From positions 8,195 to 19,026 of the forward strand of contig JAYPIC010000021.1 in the NCBI GenBank assembly GCA_038127595.1: a stretch of DNA of 10,832 nt. Reading direction: 5' to 3'. The translations under genes and the position numbers were made by a program. Source of the stretch: a bacterium (GTDB lineage: Bacteria > Fidelibacterota > Marinisomatia > Marinisomatales > UBA1611). Below are positions 8,156 to 10,832 of this stretch, in pieces (the first letter of the stretch is position 1; every line of letters begins with the position of its first letter). Below the pieces are notes generated by a model, which saw nothing but the letters and a program-made list of their open reading frames with translations, searched no databases and was not told the DNA's origin.

Positions 8156-8533
8156 CTACCCAATTAGACTTTCATATGCTTTGTTATCAAGTAAATCATA
8201 ACTTTCTAAACTATCTTCAAATTTTACTTTGAGAATCCATCCTGTGCCGTATGAATCTAGATTAATATTGTCTGGGGAATCTTCTAAATTTTCATTAACG
8301 TTTGTAACAACGCCATTAACTGGAGAATATAATTCTGAAACAGTTTTAACTGCTTCGATTTCACCAAATGATTCACCAGCTACAACTTTATCTCCAATTT
8401 CTGGTAGTTCTAAAAAAATTATATCACCTAGCTGACTTTGAGCAAAGTCAGTAATGCCAATAGTTGCTTCATTATCTGTGGCTCGAACCCATTCATGCTC
8501 TTTTGTATATGATAATTCCTCAGGTACTTTCAA
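8156..8533 (-). CDS. gcvH: Glycine cleavage system H protein (lipoyl carrier)
   Basis: YTKEHEWV, IGITDFAQSQLGDIIF, lipoyl-Lys motif IEAVKTVSELYSP, YGTGW. TTG start directly abuts the accC stop. Confidence 0.97.
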   Translation of the reverse strand: MKVPEELSYTKEHEWVRATDNEATIGITDFAQSQLGDIIFLELPEIGDKVVAGESFGEIEAVKTVSELYSPVNGVVTNVNENLEDSPDNINLDSYGTGWILKVKFEDSLESYDLLDNKAYESLIG

Positions 8534-9898
8534 TTATTTATCCTCATTTTGATTTGAATTAAAAATAAAACTATCCAGAAAACTAGTGTCAAATTTTCCA
8601 GAGCTAAAATTCTTATCTTCCATTATTTTTTGATGATATGGTATAGTTGTTTTTACACCTTCAATGATAGTTTCTTCAAGTGCTCGTTGCATTCTGTTAA
8701 TTGCACGACCTCTATCTTTAGCATGCACAATTAATTTACCAATCATAGAATCATAATGCGGTGGTATTTTATAACCGCTATATGCATGAGAATCAACCCT
8801 GACTCCTTTTCCTCCAGGCATATGAAAGTTACTAATGATTCCAGGAGACGGTCTAAAATCTTTTTCCGGATCCTCAGCGTTTATTCTGCATTCTATAGAA
8901 TGGCCTCTCAACTTATAATCTGGACTGTAATCTGGACATTTCTCCCCAGCATGTACTTTAATTTGTTGTTTGATTAAATCTACACCAGTAACCATTTCAG
9001 TAACAGGATGCTCAACTTGTATTCTAGTATTCATTTCCATAAAATAAAAATTTTTATTTTTATCTAGTAAAAACTCAATGGTTCCAACTCCAACATAATC
9101 TATCGCTTTTGCTCCGAGTATTGCAGCTTTACCCATCTTTAATCTTAATGCATCATCGACAGCAGGCGAAGGCGATTCTTCGATTAATTTTTGATGCCTC
9201 CTTTGAATTGAACAATCTCTCTCTCCAAATTGAATCACATTACCATCTTTATCAGCTAATATTTGAATTTCAATGTGCCTTGGCTCCTCAATAAATTTCT
9301 CTATGTATAAATCACCATTTCCAAAACCATTAAGAGCCTCCTGATAGGCAACTTGATAAAGATCAGATAGCTCATCTTCTTTAGTTACTAATCTCATTCC
9401 TCTTCCACCACCACCGGCAGTTGCTTTTAACATTACTGGAAAACCCATTTCATTGGCTAAAACTTTAGCTTCCTCCGCATCATTTAAAATTCCATCACCA
9501 CCAGGAATTACTGGCACGCCTGCAGACTTCATTGTCTTTTTTGCAGTAGCCTTATCACCCATGGACATTATCATTTCAGGCCCTGGACCAATGAAGGCAA
9601 AACCATTTTCAGAACAAATTTTTGAAAACTCCGCTGACTCCGATAAAAAACCATAACCAGGGTGAATAGCATCTGAATTTGTTATTTCTCCAGCCGCTAT
9701 GATTCTTGGAATATTTAAATAACTTTCTGCGCTAGCAGGAGGTCCAATACAAACTGCCTCATCAGCAAACTTTACATGAAGAGAAAATTCATCTGTTGTT
9801 GAATATATAGCTACAGTTTTTATTCCTAACTCGTGACAAGCTCTTATGACGCGCAAGGCTATTTCACCACGGTTAGCGATTAAAATTTTCTTGAACAT
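8534..9898 (-). CDS. accC: Acetyl-CoA carboxylase biotin carboxylase subunit
   Basis: [77 protein letters not shown]. Confidence 0.98.
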   Translation of the reverse strand: MFKKILIANRGEIALRVIRACHELGIKTVAIYSTTDEFSLHVKFADEAVCIGPPASAESYLNIPRIIAAGEITNSDAIHPGYGFLSESAEFSKICSENGFAFIGPGPEMIMSMGDKATAKKTMKSAGVPVIPGGDGILNDAEEAKVLANEMGFPVMLKATAGGGGRGMRLVTKEDELSDLYQVAYQEALNGFGNGDLYIEKFIEEPRHIEIQILADKDGNVIQFGERDCSIQRRHQKLIEESPSPAVDDALRLKMGKAAILGAKAIDYVGVGTIEFLLDKNKNFYFMEMNTRIQVEHPVTEMVTGVDLIKQQIKVHAGEKCPDYSPDYKLRGHSIECRINAEDPEKDFRPSPGIISNFHMPGGKGVRVDSHAYSGYKIPPHYDSMIGKLIVHAKDRGRAINRMQRALEETIIEGVKTTIPYHQKIMEDKNFSSGKFDTSFLDSFIFNSNQNEDK

Positions 9899-9911
9899 AT
9901 GATCTTATAAT

Positions 9912-10361
9912 TTAATCTATTATGAATAAAGGTTGATTGAATTCAACCGGATCAGAATTTTTAACTAAAATCTTTTTTATAATGCCATTTTGCTCACATT
10001 CAATTTCATTCATAATCTTCATTGATTCAATAATACACAGAACCTGACCTTTTTTAACTGGGTCTCCTTCATTTACAAAAGGAGGATTTTCTGGGGATTG
10101 AGCACTGTAAAACACGCCAGGCATAGGAGATAATATTTTTTCTCCGGATTCAGAATCTTCTTCAAGGTTATTTTCGCTTTCATGCTTATTAGAGCTACTA
10201 GCAGTATTAGAATGTAAAACTTCAGGTTGAGTATGATTTGCAACTATTCCAGAAGCATTTTTGACTACACGAACTTTTCTTCCCCAAAAAGTAACCTCTA
10301 TTTCATTAACATTTGAATTTTCTAAAATATCAATTATCTCTTTTACTTTATCTTGCCACAT
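9912..10361 (-). CDS. accB: Acetyl-CoA carboxylase biotin carboxyl carrier protein
   Basis: SPMPGVFY, PFV, LCIIESMKIMNEIE biotinyl-Lys motif, VEFNQPLF; low-complexity linker; lies directly upstream of accC. Confidence 0.95.
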   Translation of the reverse strand: MWQDKVKEIIDILENSNVNEIEVTFWGRKVRVVKNASGIVANHTQPEVLHSNTASSSNKHESENNLEEDSESGEKILSPMPGVFYSAQSPENPPFVNEGDPVKKGQVLCIIESMKIMNEIECEQNGIIKKILVKNSDPVEFNQPLFIID

Positions 10362-10378
10362 TTCTTCAACCTTAACAT

Positions 10379-10832
10379 TTAATTATTTTTTGCTCTTTCA
10401 ACATATTCACCACTTCTAGTATCTATTTTAATTTTATCATTCTCATTTATAAATAGCGGAACATTAAGTTCGTAACCAGTCTCTACAGTCGCAGGTTTAG
10501 ATGCACCAGTCGCCGTATTGCCTTTAAAACCTGGCTCTGTACTATCGACATTTAGCACCACATGAGCTGGTAACCTAACATCTAAAATCTCATCACCATC
10601 AAATAGTATATCGATATTCATCCCGGCAATTAAATAATTCTTGTTTTTAGAAATAACATCTTTACTTACCATTAATTGTTCATAGTTATCATTGTTCATA
10701 AAGACATAAGATTCACCATCAAGGTAAAGATACTGCATTTCCTTAGCCTCAACTCTGATAAACTCAACTTTAGCACCCGAATTAAAAGTATGATCAATAA
10801 TTTTGCCACTTTGAATATCCTTTAATTTGGTC
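10379..10832 (-). CDS. efp: Translation elongation factor P (5' end outside window)
   Basis: The frame is open to the window edge (TKLKDIQSGKIIDHTFNSGAKVEFIRVEAKEMQYLY...), then FMNNDNYEQ, TEPGFKGNTATG, KPATVETG, VPLFI, IDTRSGEYVERA. The ATG at 10738 is internal. Confidence 0.97.
   Translation of the reverse strand, partial: TKLKDIQSGKIIDHTFNSGAKVEFIRVEAKEMQYLYLDGESYVFMNNDNYEQLMVSKDVISKNKNYLIAGMNIDILFDGDEILDVRLPAHVVLNVDSTEPGFKGNTATGASKPATVETGYELNVPLFINENDKIKIDTRSGEYVERAKNN

Noticed and set aside
1935..9656. Alternative-frame and antisense ORFs from the track (1935-2153, 2651-2839, 4317-4622, 5273-5698, 6043-6351, 8229-8435, 8756-8977, 9109-9294, 9453-9656)
   Set aside because: All lie entirely inside well-supported genes and show no recognisable motifs; they are typical shadow ORFs.
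10014..10028. AccB biotinylation motif ESMKI instead of EAMKM
   Set aside because: The MK core is intact and such variants are known in biotinyl domains; no evidence of altered function.

Overview
AT-rich (roughly one third GC by eye), almost fully coding bacterial chromosomal segment with no mobile elements, RNA genes or CRISPR. One tightly packed minus-strand run reads efp (partial) - accB - accC - gcvH - group II GGGP-synthase-family gene - gmhA-like - xerD - M50 site-2 protease - a 39-aa membrane sORF missing from the ORF track - bifunctional ftcD - mutL, followed by a plus-strand sixA-like phosphatase and then minus-strand miaA. The gene content and streamlining suggest an FCB-group bacterium, possibly Marinimicrobia-like (inference only). 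The most notable signals are: (1) an archaeal-type ether-lipid synthase homolog in the same gene run as accBC; (2) an adjacent GmhA homolog lacking the H180 and R69 equivalents; (3) a ~45-aa acidic/basic insertion in the XerD catalytic domain; (4) the hidden single-TM small protein; (5) sixA lying antisense between mutL and miaA. All comparisons to reference proteins are from remembered sequences and need confirmation by alignment.
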